Source of the DNA: Gemmatimonadales bacterium
GTDB lineage: Bacteria > Gemmatimonadota > Gemmatimonadetes > Gemmatimonadales > GWC2-71-9
Assembly: GCA_046757925.1 (NCBI GenBank)
Contig: JBHHZE010000006.1
Span: forward strand, 12,489-76,488
Length of the DNA stretch: 64,000 bases
Reading direction: 5' to 3'
In this document: positions 48,640-59,611 of the stretch, piece by piece
Position numbering within the stretch: position 1 is the stretch's first letter
Layout of the letters: each line of letters starts with the position of its first letter
Notes under the pieces: generated by a model
The model's database searches: none
What the model saw: the letters and a program-made list of their open reading frames with translations, nothing else
What the model was told of the DNA's origin: nothing
Position numbers and translations under genes: made by a program

Positions 48640-50202
48640 ATGAATGGATTTCTCACAACGATCGACTACTCCTCCTGGGTGCTGGACGTACTGCTGGTGA
48701 TCCCGCTGCTCGCGGCGGTCCCCGTGCTCCTGCTCCCAGCGGACAAAGCCAAGAAAATCGCTCTGGTAGCGACGATACTCGAGTTTGGCATCTCAGTGCC
48801 GCTGTGGTGGACGTTTGAAATCGGAACAGCGGCCTGGCAGTTTGAGCACGCGTATCCTTGGATACCCGACTGGGGCATATACTATCGAGTCGGGCTGGAC
48901 GGCATCTCGTTGTTCATGGTGCTGCTCACCACATTCACAATGCCTCTCGCCGTGCTTGGGAGCTGGAAATACATAGCAAAGCAAGAGCGCTCGTACTATG
49001 CATTGCTCCTGGTTCTGACGACAGGCATGCTCGGCGTTTTCGTGGCACTCGACCTGTTCCTGTTTTATGTGTTCTGGGAGATAATGTTGATCCCGATGTA
49101 TTTCATAATCGGGGTGTGGGGTGGTGCCAGGCGTATCTACGCGGCGATCAAGTTTTTCATCTACACGTTTGTCGGATCGCTCTTGATGCTCGTAGCGATT
49201 CTAATGATTTACTATGCGGTCGAACGTAGTACGGGCGTTGGTTCGTTCGCCTACGATCACATACTGGACAACATCGGGGCGGTTGACCGCTGGAAGTTTT
49301 GGCTGTTTGGTGCGTTCGCCGTTGCGTTTGCGATAAAGGTACCGATCTTCCCGTTCCATACTTGGTTGCCGGACGCGCACGTGGAGGCACCGACAGCCGG
49401 CTCCGTCATTCTTGCCGGCATCCTCCTGAAAATGGGTACATATGGATTCCTGCGGTTTGCGCTCCCGCTGTTCCCAAGCGTCACGTTGGCACCGATAGTA
49501 TCAGCGATTGTGGTAACATTGGCCGTCGTCGGCATTGTTTACGGCGCTCTGGTAGCCATGGTCCAGCCGGATTTCAAGAAACTCGTGGCGTATTCCTCGG
49601 TCAGCCATCTGGGATTTGTCATGCTGGGCATCTGGGCACTGACGGTCCAGAGTGTTCAAGGGGCCGTGATAATCATGATCAACCACGGGATATCCACCGG
49701 CGCGCTGTTTTTCCTTGCGGGTATGCTCTACGAACGACGGCATACGCGTGAGATCGCCGCGTTCGGGGGCATCGCGCGAGTGGTGCCGGCACTGTCGGCG
49801 GTGTTGACGATCGTGGCCTTGTCGTCAATCGGATTGCCCGGTACGAATGGATTCATAGGAGAATTCCTGGTGCTCGTCGGGTCCTTCGGTCCGCACCCCT
49901 GGGCAACGGGCGTCGCCGCTACGGGCGTCATCTTCGCCGCCGCCTATCTGCTCTGGTCGCTTCAGAGGATCATCTTCAACAAACTGTCCGATCCAGCGAA
50001 CAAAAGCATGCCAGACTTGTCGGTTAGGGAGTTGATCGTTTTGACTCCCCTAATCGCCTGCATTTTCTGGATCGGGATCTATCCGGCACCAATCCTCGAA
50101 CGGGTGGAGGCCTCCGCGCAGGCACTCGTAACCAGAGTGCGCGATAACGATGTGGGCCAAATCCTGGGTGCGGAGTTCGCCGTGGAAGCGGAGGGACGGT
50201 AG
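48640..50202 (+). CDS. nuoM: NADH-quinone oxidoreductase subunit M
   Basis: AFAIKVPIFPFHTWLPDAHVEAPTAGSVILAGILLKMG signature. Confidence 0.95.
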   Translation: MNGFLTTIDYSSWVLDVLLVIPLLAAVPVLLLPADKAKKIALVATILEFGISVPLWWTFEIGTAAWQFEHAYPWIPDWGIYYRVGLDGISLFMVLLTTFTMPLAVLGSWKYIAKQERSYYALLLVLTTGMLGVFVALDLFLFYVFWEIMLIPMYFIIGVWGGARRIYAAIKFFIYTFVGSLLMLVAILMIYYAVERSTGVGSFAYDHILDNIGAVDRWKFWLFGAFAVAFAIKVPIFPFHTWLPDAHVEAPTAGSVILAGILLKMGTYGFLRFALPLFPSVTLAPIVSAIVVTLAVVGIVYGALVAMVQPDFKKLVAYSSVSHLGFVMLGIWALTVQSVQGAVIIMINHGISTGALFFLAGMLYERRHTREIAAFGGIARVVPALSAVLTIVALSSIGLPGTNGFIGEFLVLVGSFGPHPWATGVAATGVIFAAAYLLWSLQRIIFNKLSDPANKSMPDLSVRELIVLTPLIACIFWIGIYPAPILERVEASAQALVTRVRDNDVGQILGAEFAVEAEGR

Positions 50203-51707
50203 TGGCGTTGGATATCGGTAGCGTTGGTGGGTTCTTGCTGGCTTTGCTCCCGGAGTTATGGCTGACGGGAGCAACATTGCTGCTTCTGCTGCTGGTTGCC
50301 TGGCGCCATGGGGACGATTCAGATCAACGCATGATCGGGCAGCTAGCGTTGCTCTCCCTCGTAAGTGCTCTATTTCTCGTGATGTGGCTGTGGGCCCGCA
50401 ACGCCAATGCCGTGGTGCCTGGCGGGATGATGGCGTTGGACGGCTTCAGATTCGCATTGGATATCGTAATCCTCGTCGGGGCCGTGCTCTCCGTCATGCT
50501 CTCACTGGGTTACTTGGGTAGAGAAGGCGTATTGGTTCCCGAATATTACGTGCTCGTCCTGCTCGCGACCATCGGAATGCTGTTCATGGCAGGCGCGGAC
50601 GATCTCATCGTGATCTTCCTGGGACTGGAACTGATGTCGGTATCCGTTTACGTGTTGGCCGGCGTGAACCGCCGCAGTGCTGTATCCGCCGAGGCAGCGC
50701 TCAAGTACTTCCTGCTGGGAGCTTTCGCCTCGGGCTTCCTGCTGTATGGCATCGCACTGCTTTATGGGGCAACAGGCACCACTAACCTGACCCTCATACA
50801 CCTTCAGATCGTCCAATTGGGCTTGACGTCGAACCTGATGCTGGTTGCGGGAACCGGCCTCCTGCTGATTGGTTTCGGGTTCAAGGTAGCTACCGTACCG
50901 TTTCATATGTGGGCACCGGATGTCTATGACGGCGCGCCGACTCCGGTAACCGCATATATGTCGACAGCCGTAAAGGCTGCAGGATTCGCAGCGCTCATAA
51001 GAGTCTTGCTCCACGCGCTCGGCGACAGCGGGGAGCTGTGGTCGGCAGCTGTATGGTGGCTGGCGGTAGTAACGATGGTGGTGGGTAACGCGATCGCCCT
51101 GGCGCAAACCCACCTCAAGAGAATGCTCGCGTACAGCTCGATAGCACACGCCGGTTATCTAATGGTTGCGATCGCGAGCGGCAGTGAACTGGGCGTGGCG
51201 GCGTTCGTGTTCTACATAGCGGCATATACGCTCATGACGATTGGAGCGTTCGCCGTTTTGGCGGCCGCCGGACGAGATGGAGAACGGGGTGTGCGGATCG
51301 ACGACCTGAACGGGCTCGGCGCACGCAGACCGTGGCTCGCGTTCGCTATGACGGTATTCATGTTGTCGCTCTTGGGATTCCCCGGCACAGCCGGCTTCAT
51401 GGGGAAGTGGTTTATCCTATCGGCAGTAATACACTCCGGACAGGGATTGCTGGCTGTCATATTGGTCTTGGCCAGTGTTCTATCGGCGGGTTATTACCTG
51501 CCTGTGGTGATGGCGGTGTACATGAAGCCGGCAGCTTCGGAGAGGGCGCACGAGTCCACGACCGTGGTAGGCGCGACGCGTTTAGTGGTTTTGGCCGCAA
51601 CCGTACTACTGTTGTTGTTTGGAGTCTGGCCCGGTCGCCCACTGGATCTAGCACGACAGGCAGCCGAGGGATTGACGGTCAGACCTACCCGAGTACTGGT
51701 CGACTGA
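50202..51707 (+). CDS. nuoN: NADH-quinone oxidoreductase subunit N
   Basis: GFKVATVPFHMWAPDVYDGAPTPVTAYM signature. The GTG overlaps the nuoM TAG by 1 nt. Confidence 0.94.
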   Translation: MALDIGSVGGFLLALLPELWLTGATLLLLLLVAWRHGDDSDQRMIGQLALLSLVSALFLVMWLWARNANAVVPGGMMALDGFRFALDIVILVGAVLSVMLSLGYLGREGVLVPEYYVLVLLATIGMLFMAGADDLIVIFLGLELMSVSVYVLAGVNRRSAVSAEAALKYFLLGAFASGFLLYGIALLYGATGTTNLTLIHLQIVQLGLTSNLMLVAGTGLLLIGFGFKVATVPFHMWAPDVYDGAPTPVTAYMSTAVKAAGFAALIRVLLHALGDSGELWSAAVWWLAVVTMVVGNAIALAQTHLKRMLAYSSIAHAGYLMVAIASGSELGVAAFVFYIAAYTLMTIGAFAVLAAAGRDGERGVRIDDLNGLGARRPWLAFAMTVFMLSLLGFPGTAGFMGKWFILSAVIHSGQGLLAVILVLASVLSAGYYLPVVMAVYMKPAASERAHESTTVVGATRLVVLAATVLLLLFGVWPGRPLDLARQAAEGLTVRPTRVLVD

Positions 51708-51722
51708 TCGCTGGCAATCGCA

Positions 51723-53096
51723 ATGGACATTCCTCCCATCATCTTCCGAGAGTACGACATAAGGGGAGTAGTGGACAGCGAGCTGGCGCCGCACGCCGTG
51801 CGTGCGATCGGGAGAGCTGTCACTACGCTTGCGCGGCAACGGGTGGGTGGCGATCCACGAATCGTAGTAGGAAGGGATAACCGTCCCTCGGGTGAATCGC
51901 TCGCCCGAGCCATGCGGGAAGGGATTGCACTGGCGGGGGGTACTGCGATAGATGTGGGGATGCTGCCGACACCGGCGCTCTATTTTGCGCTCCACGAACT
52001 GGACGTAGACGGCGGAGTGCAGGTCACCGGTTCGCACAACCCACCGGAATTCAACGGTCTCAAGATGGTCGTGGCGGGTGATACGCTCCACGGCAAAGAG
52101 ATTCAGCGGTTGCGGCGACTCATTGAGGATGGTGAACTGGATTCCGGCAGCGGCACCCGCGAAGTCGATGAGTCGATTCTCAGAAAGTATGCAGACAAGG
52201 TCGTTTCGCTGAACGCTCCGCTCGAGAGACCGGTCAAGGTAGTAGTAGATTGCGGCAACGGGGTTGCAAGCTTAGTGGCAGAGAACATCCTGTCACGCAT
52301 TGGAGCTCACGTAGTTTCCCTCTATTGCGAGTCGGACGGCAGTTTCCCCAATCACCATCCAGACCCGACGGTCCTCGAGAACTTGAGAGACCTTCAAGAG
52401 AGTGTGCGGAGAACCAACGCGGCGTTGGGAATCGCGTTCGACGGTGATGGTGACCGGATCGGTGCGGTCGACGAATCCGGTGAGGTCGTGTTCGGCGACA
52501 AACTGCTCATCCTCTACGGACGAGAACTGATTGAGCGGACGGGAGAAACCGGACCGGTCATTTTCGATGTGAAGTGCTCCAATCTCCTTCGCGAGAAGCT
52601 GGCGGAAGCGGGCCTCGAGCCGGTGATCTGGAAGACCGGACATTCGCTCATCAAGGCCAAGATGAAAGAGTTGGGAGCGACGCTGGCGGGTGAGATGAGT
52701 GGCCATATGTTCTTCGGCGGTGACTATTTCGGATACGACGATGCAATCTTTGCGGCCGCTAGACTCTTGAGCTACCTGGCCCGCCAAGAAGGACCGCTAT
52801 CGGGGTTGATGGCCGACTTCCCAGAATCGTTTGCAACTCCCGAGATCCGAATCGACTGTCCGGCGGATCGGCAGGACGCTATCGTGCAGGAAGCCTCCAA
52901 CTATTTTGGCGAGCGGTATGAAACCCTCACTCTCGACGGCGTTCGCATCAACTTCGACCAAGGGTGGGGCCTCATCAGAGCCTCGAATACGCAACCGGTA
53001 ATAGTGATGCGGTTTGAGGCGAATTCGAGGGAAACACTCGAAGCCTATCGGGGAGAGGTGGTAAGCTGGTTGCGGGGGCAGGGGATCTCACTCTAA
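51723..53096 (+). CDS. phosphomannomutase/phosphoglucomutase (alpha-D-phosphohexomutase)
   Basis: FREYDIRG, the active-site TGSHNPPEFNGLK, metal loop GIAFDGDGDR, GEMSGH, and RASNTQP. Confidence 0.9.
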   Translation: MDIPPIIFREYDIRGVVDSELAPHAVRAIGRAVTTLARQRVGGDPRIVVGRDNRPSGESLARAMREGIALAGGTAIDVGMLPTPALYFALHELDVDGGVQVTGSHNPPEFNGLKMVVAGDTLHGKEIQRLRRLIEDGELDSGSGTREVDESILRKYADKVVSLNAPLERPVKVVVDCGNGVASLVAENILSRIGAHVVSLYCESDGSFPNHHPDPTVLENLRDLQESVRRTNAALGIAFDGDGDRIGAVDESGEVVFGDKLLILYGRELIERTGETGPVIFDVKCSNLLREKLAEAGLEPVIWKTGHSLIKAKMKELGATLAGEMSGHMFFGGDYFGYDDAIFAAARLLSYLARQEGPLSGLMADFPESFATPEIRIDCPADRQDAIVQEASNYFGERYETLTLDGVRINFDQGWGLIRASNTQPVIVMRFEANSRETLEAYRGEVVSWLRGQGISL

Positions 53097-53100
53097 GCAG

Positions 53101-55683
53101 ATGAGCAAGCGCGGCCGGTGGGCATGGGCAACGGCCATCTGCATTCTGGCGGCTCTTCTCCTGGGACGCTGGCTAGCCGTTACAACCGCCAACAGCCTGT
53201 GGTTTCAGTCGATCGGGCTGGCGAAGCCCCACGCCGACATCGCCCGGATCAGATTTGCCCTGTTGAGTACCGCGTTTGCTGTGGCTTCGGTATGGTGCAT
53301 CGGCAATCTGTATTTCGTTTACAGAGCGGTCGGCTCCGTACAGGTCCCCCGCAAGTTGGGGAACCTGGAAATCCTGGAAGAGTTGCCGCGGCGACATTTG
53401 ATCGTAGGCACGGTTGCCCTGGGATTCGTTATTGCAGCGGTACTGAGCCACGATGCCGGCAATTGGTGGTATGCGCAAGTGCTGTCCCACGCGAGCGGGG
53501 GGCCGGATCTGCGTGACCCGATACTGGGGCGGGAGTTCTCGTACTATTTGTTTCGGCTGCCATGGTATCGCACCATCCATTCCTTTGTCACCACCGCCTG
53601 CGGTACCATGCTGGTAGTAACCAGTGGCCTCTACGCCACCATCGGTGCTGTGCGCTGGTCCGGGCGGCGGCTAAAGGTCAACGAGCTTGCCAGAGTTCAC
53701 ATCGCCGTTCTCTTAGCCGGCTTCGCCCTGGTTCTATTCTGGGGCTATAGGCTGGAACCGGCTGAGTACGTTGCGGGGATTCCAGGAACACCGTACGACT
53801 CCGTGCTCGTCGATATCCGACTACCCGTCGCGCGGCTGCTCAGCTCCCTTGCACTGGTGGTGTGCGGAGCTTCAATAGTATGGGTTTGGTCAAGTCGTAT
53901 TGCGGTGATAGTAGCCGGTTGGTCGGTACTGCTTGGGGTATCCGTGATTGGTCACTATGTGGTTCCGGGTTTCGCGGGAACGGTCAGGTCGCCCGACGAC
54001 CTCGTGTTGGAATCGGTTGCGAGCGTGCAGCCCCAGTTCACCGACATAGCGTTGGGACCTCTCTCGTGGGATACGCTCTTCATACAATCTGCGCAATTGA
54101 ACTCCGAGGATCTGGCGTGGCGGATGGACGACCTGGGATCCGCTCCGATCTGGGACGAGTTCGCCCTGTGGGAAGCCTTGAACCGCTCGCTGGATGACAG
54201 TTCGTCCATTGGCTATTCGGCGGCGAAGTTGGATGTATATCGCGCGCCGGACGGGACCCGTCTGCCCGTATTGGTAGCCGCACACAAAACCGGTTTGAAC
54301 GTCGCAGGCGGCGGGGAGCGGAAGTTGTTATGGAGCGATGTTCACACGGGATCCTATGCATACGCTCGTGGCGCAGTGGCGGTGAGCGCTGCGGACGTGG
54401 GACACGATGGAGGCCCAAGGTTCATTCCGGATCTAACGGAGCCGGATTCCACCGTGGCACAGCTGAGGGATCTTCGCCTCGCAAAACCAGAGCTGATGTT
54501 CGCACCGATGCTGCGAGACTTTGCTGTGGTACCGGCGCCCGGCGAGGTGAGTGGAGTGAGAGCGGACGGACTTTGGCGGCGGCTCGCGCTTGCCTGGACT
54601 CTGCAAAGTCCGCGGCTCGCTACGACACCGGTTGCCGCCCGGAGTTCGATTGTTTGGCACAGAGACATCTCCCCACGCCTGCACATGGCTGCACCGTTTG
54701 CCGATTTTGGCGAACCTTGGCCGGTGGTGTCGGGCGAGCAGGGACGGGTCTTGTGGATGGCGAACGGATATGTCAAATCCAGACTCTCGCCCTTATCGGT
54801 CTCCTTCGACTGGAACGGTGAGGAGATCCGGTATCTGAGGGCCGGAATGATTGGGGTCGTAGACGCGTATTCCGGCGAGACGTCGGTTTACCTGCTACCA
54901 GAGCCCGACCCGCTGAGTGCGGCGTGGTTCGACCTGGCCGGCGGAATCGTGCAGCCGGCAGATCGTATTCCACGCTCCATCATGGAGCACATACAGTATC
55001 CACGGGACCTGTTCCGCCTCCAAGTGAGATTGCTCAGCGAAACAGGGCTCGGTAACCCGGTCGACGGACGTCCGGCAGCACTCGGCCCCGTGTTGACAAC
55101 AAGGCGTGACGACCCGGAGCCGTTCTGGTGGTTCGGGCCGTCTGCGGTTGATCCCGTGCCTCATCCGTGGCTCGGCGCGACGATAGAGACGGGCGACCCA
55201 CCGGTGATCACCGGCCTGGCGCAGGGAGCGGTGAAGGGGGGCAGGTTGGAGTTTGGTGTAGTCGCATTCAGTTCCCATTTGGAGATGCCGGGTGCGTCGC
55301 GTCTGGCCCGGAGGTTTGCTCGGCTGCGCTGGAGTGACGACGTTGTTGCGGGTCCGTTGAAGACAGTTTTGGCGGGAACCCGAGTTCTTCACGTTCAGTC
55401 GTTGTACTCGCTGTACGATAGTGTCCCCGGAGTAGAGTTGACTGAAGTAGTGGTAGCCAGTGGCTCTGTGATTGCCCAGGGCCGTACGTTGCTGCAAGCG
55501 CTCGATCGGGTGAAACGGGCTGAACTGAGGCCGCCGAACGTTGCCGCCGGGGAATGGACGGAGGCCCGCATGTGGTTTGAGCGGATGGAGACGGCCAGGC
55601 TGGCCGGCAGCTGGGCGGATTTCGGAAGAGCGTATCAGCATCTTCAGGATATCTTGCTCGGCCCCCGAGACTCAGGCCGGTAG
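53101..55683 (+). CDS. UPF0182-family large membrane protein
   Basis: 860 aa. There are ~7 N-terminal TM segments with LWFQSIG and FSYYLFRLPWY motifs that I associate with UPF0182, followed by a large soluble C-terminal region. Confidence 0.72.
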   Translation: MSKRGRWAWATAICILAALLLGRWLAVTTANSLWFQSIGLAKPHADIARIRFALLSTAFAVASVWCIGNLYFVYRAVGSVQVPRKLGNLEILEELPRRHLIVGTVALGFVIAAVLSHDAGNWWYAQVLSHASGGPDLRDPILGREFSYYLFRLPWYRTIHSFVTTACGTMLVVTSGLYATIGAVRWSGRRLKVNELARVHIAVLLAGFALVLFWGYRLEPAEYVAGIPGTPYDSVLVDIRLPVARLLSSLALVVCGASIVWVWSSRIAVIVAGWSVLLGVSVIGHYVVPGFAGTVRSPDDLVLESVASVQPQFTDIALGPLSWDTLFIQSAQLNSEDLAWRMDDLGSAPIWDEFALWEALNRSLDDSSSIGYSAAKLDVYRAPDGTRLPVLVAAHKTGLNVAGGGERKLLWSDVHTGSYAYARGAVAVSAADVGHDGGPRFIPDLTEPDSTVAQLRDLRLAKPELMFAPMLRDFAVVPAPGEVSGVRADGLWRRLALAWTLQSPRLATTPVAARSSIVWHRDISPRLHMAAPFADFGEPWPVVSGEQGRVLWMANGYVKSRLSPLSVSFDWNGEEIRYLRAGMIGVVDAYSGETSVYLLPEPDPLSAAWFDLAGGIVQPADRIPRSIMEHIQYPRDLFRLQVRLLSETGLGNPVDGRPAALGPVLTTRRDDPEPFWWFGPSAVDPVPHPWLGATIETGDPPVITGLAQGAVKGGRLEFGVVAFSSHLEMPGASRLARRFARLRWSDDVVAGPLKTVLAGTRVLHVQSLYSLYDSVPGVELTEVVVASGSVIAQGRTLLQALDRVKRAELRPPNVAAGEWTEARMWFERMETARLAGSWADFGRAYQHLQDILLGPRDSGR

Positions 55684-55726
55684 CTGGGTTGATGGGACTT
55701 CCCCAGCCGAGTAGCTTGCAGCCCTC

Positions 55727-56680
55727 GTGAACTCGTCACCGGGCACTATCGTCATCGCTGTGGGAGGCAATGCTCTCGCCCCACTCGGCGAGCAAGTCAC
55801 TATACACGACCAATTTCATCATACTCGACAGTCTTTGGCGTCTGTCATAAGGTTGGCCAAGGAAGGTTGGTGTATTGCGATAGTGCACGGGAACGGTCCG
55901 CAGGTCGGCAACGCCCTCGAGCGGAACGAACTTGCGCGGGATCGCGTTGAGCCGCTGCCACTCGGAGTGCTCGTTGCCGCCACCGCAGGGTGGATAGGAT
56001 ACATGATCCAGCAATCCCTCCAGAATGCTTTGGCCGAAGCAGGCAGCGACCGGGATGTGCTGACCGTAGTAACACAAACGCTGGTGAGCGAAGATGATCC
56101 GGGCTTCAAAGAGCCGACGAAGCCGATAGGCAACGCCTTCGGCCGGGAAGATTTCGTACGATTGCAGAAGCGTGGGGTCCCCATCGGCAGTGACGGTGCC
56201 GGACGGTGGCGACGGCTGGCAGCCAGTCCAGAGCCAAGTGATGTGGTAGAAGCCGCGGCGGTCAAACAACTGGTGTTGAGTGGCAAGATCGTGATCGCGG
56301 CGGGTGGTGGTGGTCCACCGGTATATCGCGACCGGAAGGGCCATTGGGAAGGCGTTGATGCGGTGGTGGATAAGGACCGAGTCGCTGCCGTGCTAGGATG
56401 TCGCCTCGGTGCGGAACGACTGCTGATTCTTACGGATGTAGATGGAGTGTACGAAGGATGGGGCACGGAGTCCCAGCGGCACCTCCCGAGGTTACGACCG
56501 ACTGAGGCAGAAGCGCTCTTGAGCGGCGGCGCCCTCGGGAGGGGAAGTATGAGACCGAAAGTTGAGGCGGCGGTCCACTTTGTGAGACACGGGGGCGGGT
56601 GCGCAATCATAGCACACCTCGAGAAGGGTCTGGAAGCGATCCAGGGCGAGACGGGGACAATTATCGCAGGAGAAGATTGA
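55727..56680 (+). CDS. arcC: carbamate kinase
   Basis: IVIAVGGNAL, IVHGNGPQVGN, FKEPTKPIG, GGGGPPV, VVDKD and GSMRPKVEAA align along the whole length with my recollection of Enterococcus carbamate kinase. GTG start. Confidence 0.88.
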   Translation: MNSSPGTIVIAVGGNALAPLGEQVTIHDQFHHTRQSLASVIRLAKEGWCIAIVHGNGPQVGNALERNELARDRVEPLPLGVLVAATAGWIGYMIQQSLQNALAEAGSDRDVLTVVTQTLVSEDDPGFKEPTKPIGNAFGREDFVRLQKRGVPIGSDGAGRWRRLAASPEPSDVVEAAAVKQLVLSGKIVIAAGGGGPPVYRDRKGHWEGVDAVVDKDRVAAVLGCRLGAERLLILTDVDGVYEGWGTESQRHLPRLRPTEAEALLSGGALGRGSMRPKVEAAVHFVRHGGGCAIIAHLEKGLEAIQGETGTIIAGED

Positions 56681-57820
56681 GTGAATCTGCATGAGTACCA
56701 AGCTCGGCTGCTGTTGAAGCAGGGTGGAATTCCGGTGCCGGATGGCGAGGTTGCGAGCACTGCCGACGAAGTCGGCGCAATTGCGGAGCGTCTCGGCGGT
56801 GCTGTAGTGGTAAAGGCTCAGGTACATACCGGCGGACGCGGCAAGGCCGGCGGGGTCAAGCTCGCCCGAAACGCAGAGGATGCACGATCCCGTGCGCAAG
56901 AGATAATCGGCATGAAGATCAAGGGACTCACCGTGGAGACGGTGTTGGTGGTCCCGGCGGAGGAGATTGCAAGTGAGAGCTACGTAGGGGTGATCGTCGA
57001 TCGGGCGGCGGAGTGTCCGGTCGTTATGGTCAGCCCTGCAGGTGGAGTCGACATCGAGGAAGTAGCGGCAAAGACGCCCGAAAAGATATTCAAGCAGTCG
57101 GTCGATCCCCGGTATGGACTACTGCCACACCAGGCGATGGCGTTGGCTTTCAAACTGTACGATGATGTGAAATTGGTGAGGCGGGCCGCGACGATAATGC
57201 GCCAACTCTACGCTGTATTCATCGACGTCGGAGGCTCGCTGACCGAGATCAATCCACTGATAACCACTCCCGATGGTCGTGTTGTGGCATTGGATGCGAA
57301 GATCGTGGTCGACGACAACGAACTGGATCGTGAGCCCGAGATAGCGAACTTGAGGGATGTGGCATCGGAGGATCCTGCAGAGGTACAAGCGCGAGAAGCT
57401 GGGTTGTCCTACATCAAGCTCAACGGGAACGTGGGTTGTTGCGTCAACGGAGCAGGCCTTGCGATGGCAACGATGGATCTCGTCAAGTACCACGGGGGAG
57501 AACCGGCTAACTTCCTGGATATCGGTGGCAGCAGCAATCCCCATAAGGTAGTTGCGGCGTTAGAGATCATCACGAGCGATCCCGACGTGAAGGCGATTCT
57601 CTTCAATATCTTCGGAGGGATCACTCGCTGCGACGACGTTGCAAACGGGATAGTGACGGCAACGGAGAAAACGAGCATAGATCGCCCCATTGTCATAAGA
57701 TTGACAGGAACGAACGAAGAGCTTGCGGTCGAGATACTCCGGAAGGCGGGATTTGAGGCACTGACCGACATGGATGAAGCGGTTGAGCAGGCTGTGAAAG
57801 TCGCCCGGGAGGCGGCGTGA
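56681..57820 (+). CDS. sucC: succinate--CoA ligase subunit beta
   Basis: MNLHEYQA..LL...[23 protein letters not shown] and [18 protein letters not shown]. The GTG directly abuts the arcC stop. Confidence 0.96.
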   Translation: MNLHEYQARLLLKQGGIPVPDGEVASTADEVGAIAERLGGAVVVKAQVHTGGRGKAGGVKLARNAEDARSRAQEIIGMKIKGLTVETVLVVPAEEIASESYVGVIVDRAAECPVVMVSPAGGVDIEEVAAKTPEKIFKQSVDPRYGLLPHQAMALAFKLYDDVKLVRRAATIMRQLYAVFIDVGGSLTEINPLITTPDGRVVALDAKIVVDDNELDREPEIANLRDVASEDPAEVQAREAGLSYIKLNGNVGCCVNGAGLAMATMDLVKYHGGEPANFLDIGGSSNPHKVVAALEIITSDPDVKAILFNIFGGITRCDDVANGIVTATEKTSIDRPIVIRLTGTNEELAVEILRKAGFEALTDMDEAVEQAVKVAREAA

Positions 57821-58695
57821 GCATATTCATCGATCGAGAAACGAAGCTTGTGGTGCAGGGGATCACCGGTCGCGACGGTTCATTCCACACGCGGGAAATG
57901 ATCGCATACGGCACGCAAGTGGTGGCGGGTGTGACACCGGGAAAGGGTGGTCAGCGATTCGAGAACAAGGTTCCGGTATTCGACACCGTGGCCGACGCGG
58001 TCGAGGCTACCGGCGCGAACACATCCGTAATCTATGTTCCGGCGAGGTTCGCCGCGGATGCCATCTACGAGGCGGCCGACGCCGGTATCGAGCTGATCGT
58101 GTGCATTACCGAGGGGATTCCGGTACTCGACATGACGCGAGTCGCGCCCTACATACGAGAGCGCGGCGCCCGATTGATCGGCCCGAACTGCCCGGGCCTC
58201 ATATCGCCGGGGCGATCGAAGGTCGGGATCATACCGGGACAGATTTGCCGAGAGGGTCATGTGGGTATAGTCTCGCGCAGCGGAACGCTGACCTACGAGA
58301 TCATTCACCAACTTTCCACTCATAACCTCGGCCAGTCGAGTTGCGTCGGCATTGGCGGCGACCCCATAATCGGCACTAACTTCGTCGATTGTCTGGCGGC
58401 ATTCCAAGACGACCCGCATACCGAGGCTATCGTAATGATCGGTGAGATCGGCGGCACGGCGGAGCAAGAGGCTGCCTCGTTCGTGGCCGCAAACGTCACG
58501 AAGCCAGTCATTGGATTCATTGCGGGACAGACGGCACCCCCGGGCAGGCGGATGGGGCATGCCGGAGCCATCATTTCGGGCGCGTCGGGTACGGCGGCTG
58601 AAAAAATGGACGCGTTGGAGGCAGCGGGAATAGGGGTGATGAAGCGTCCTGCCGACGTAGTACCGTTGCTCGAGCGGAGCAGCAGACAGACGTGA
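57817..58695 (+). CDS. sucD: succinate--CoA ligase subunit alpha
   Basis: [22 protein letters not shown] and the phospho-His loop [10 protein letters not shown]. The start is a GTGA overlap. Confidence 0.96.
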   Translation: MSIFIDRETKLVVQGITGRDGSFHTREMIAYGTQVVAGVTPGKGGQRFENKVPVFDTVADAVEATGANTSVIYVPARFAADAIYEAADAGIELIVCITEGIPVLDMTRVAPYIRERGARLIGPNCPGLISPGRSKVGIIPGQICREGHVGIVSRSGTLTYEIIHQLSTHNLGQSSCVGIGGDPIIGTNFVDCLAAFQDDPHTEAIVMIGEIGGTAEQEAASFVAANVTKPVIGFIAGQTAPPGRRMGHAGAIISGASGTAAEKMDALEAAGIGVMKRPADVVPLLERSSRQT

Positions 58696-59585
58696 AGCTG
58701 GGTGACCTGTTGGTTCTCGACCACATCGTGGTTCCCATAGAGGGGGAAAACCTCAGGGTGGCTGCGAATGCCCTGGTCGAAGCCCTCGTGATCAGCGGTG
58801 CCATTAGAGACGTCGCAAAGGTCGAGGAACTCGTGGCCGATAAGCTGCCACGCGACGTCGTCACGGTGGGACAAGCGTTCCTGCTCTATTTCCGCACAGA
58901 GGCGGTAATGAAGCTGACAGTCGGATTGGGTATCGCACCCGAGCCAATGCATCGGGAACACGACGCTGCCAGGGAAGCCAGAATAGTTCTTCTCATAGCG
59001 GCCCCACCCGCAGATTCTTCGCGCTTCCTACGAGCCGTTAGCGCCTTTTCCCACGCTCTGGGCCGCGAGGAGGTGGTTGGCGCGCTGCTCGAGGCCAAGA
59101 CGGCGGCCGACGTGCTGGCGATCGACTCCCTATGTAACATTGAACTGCAGGGCTATCTGACCGTTCGCGACGTCATGGTGAGACGTCAGGTCAAAGTCCG
59201 TCCCGACGCCACGCTGGGGGAAGCGGCCAAGATCATGGTCGATCAGAATGTGCCGTCGGTGTTGGTGGTGTCGGACACTAATGAAGTGTTAGGCATGGTG
59301 ACCCATGCGGAGTTGCTCCAGCGTTTGCTTCCGGTCCACGTGAAGCGTTTGACGGGTGAGTTCGGTACCAGCGAGGGCGATGTCGGTCCCGAAGACCCGA
59401 GTGGCATGGCGGTGCGTGAAGTTATGGACCGCAGCGTTCTGTGCCTATCGGAAGATCAAACCGTCGCAGAGGCCGCCAATATGATGCAAAGTAGGAAGAT
59501 AGACCGGTTTCCGGTGGTGCGTGACGGTGCGCTGGTCGGCTTCCTCACCCGAGGTGATATCGTGCGCCGGCTGTTTGGGCGCTGA
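58692..59585 (+). CDS. PTS EIIA(Ntr)-like domain (no phospho-His seen) + CBS-pair protein
   Basis: The N-terminal ~145 aa align by eye with the PtsN/EIIA-2 layout, but LLYF occupies the place of the ..IPH.. phosphorylation site. Two CBS repeats follow (VRDVMVRR...VLVVS.., VREVM......[18 protein letters not shown]). The start overlaps sucD as GTGA. Confidence 0.75.
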   Translation: MKLGDLLVLDHIVVPIEGENLRVAANALVEALVISGAIRDVAKVEELVADKLPRDVVTVGQAFLLYFRTEAVMKLTVGLGIAPEPMHREHDAAREARIVLLIAAPPADSSRFLRAVSAFSHALGREEVVGALLEAKTAADVLAIDSLCNIELQGYLTVRDVMVRRQVKVRPDATLGEAAKIMVDQNVPSVLVVSDTNEVLGMVTHAELLQRLLPVHVKRLTGEFGTSEGDVGPEDPSGMAVREVMDRSVLCLSEDQTVAEAANMMQSRKIDRFPVVRDGALVGFLTRGDIVRRLFGR

Positions 59586-59611
59586 CCACGAACAATAAGA
59601 CCATTACAGAG

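Noticed and set aside
55727-56680. Carbamate kinase as part of an arginine deiminase (ADI) operon
   Set aside because: No arcA, arcB or arcD-like ORF is present anywhere in the window, and the flanking genes are UPF0182 and sucC.
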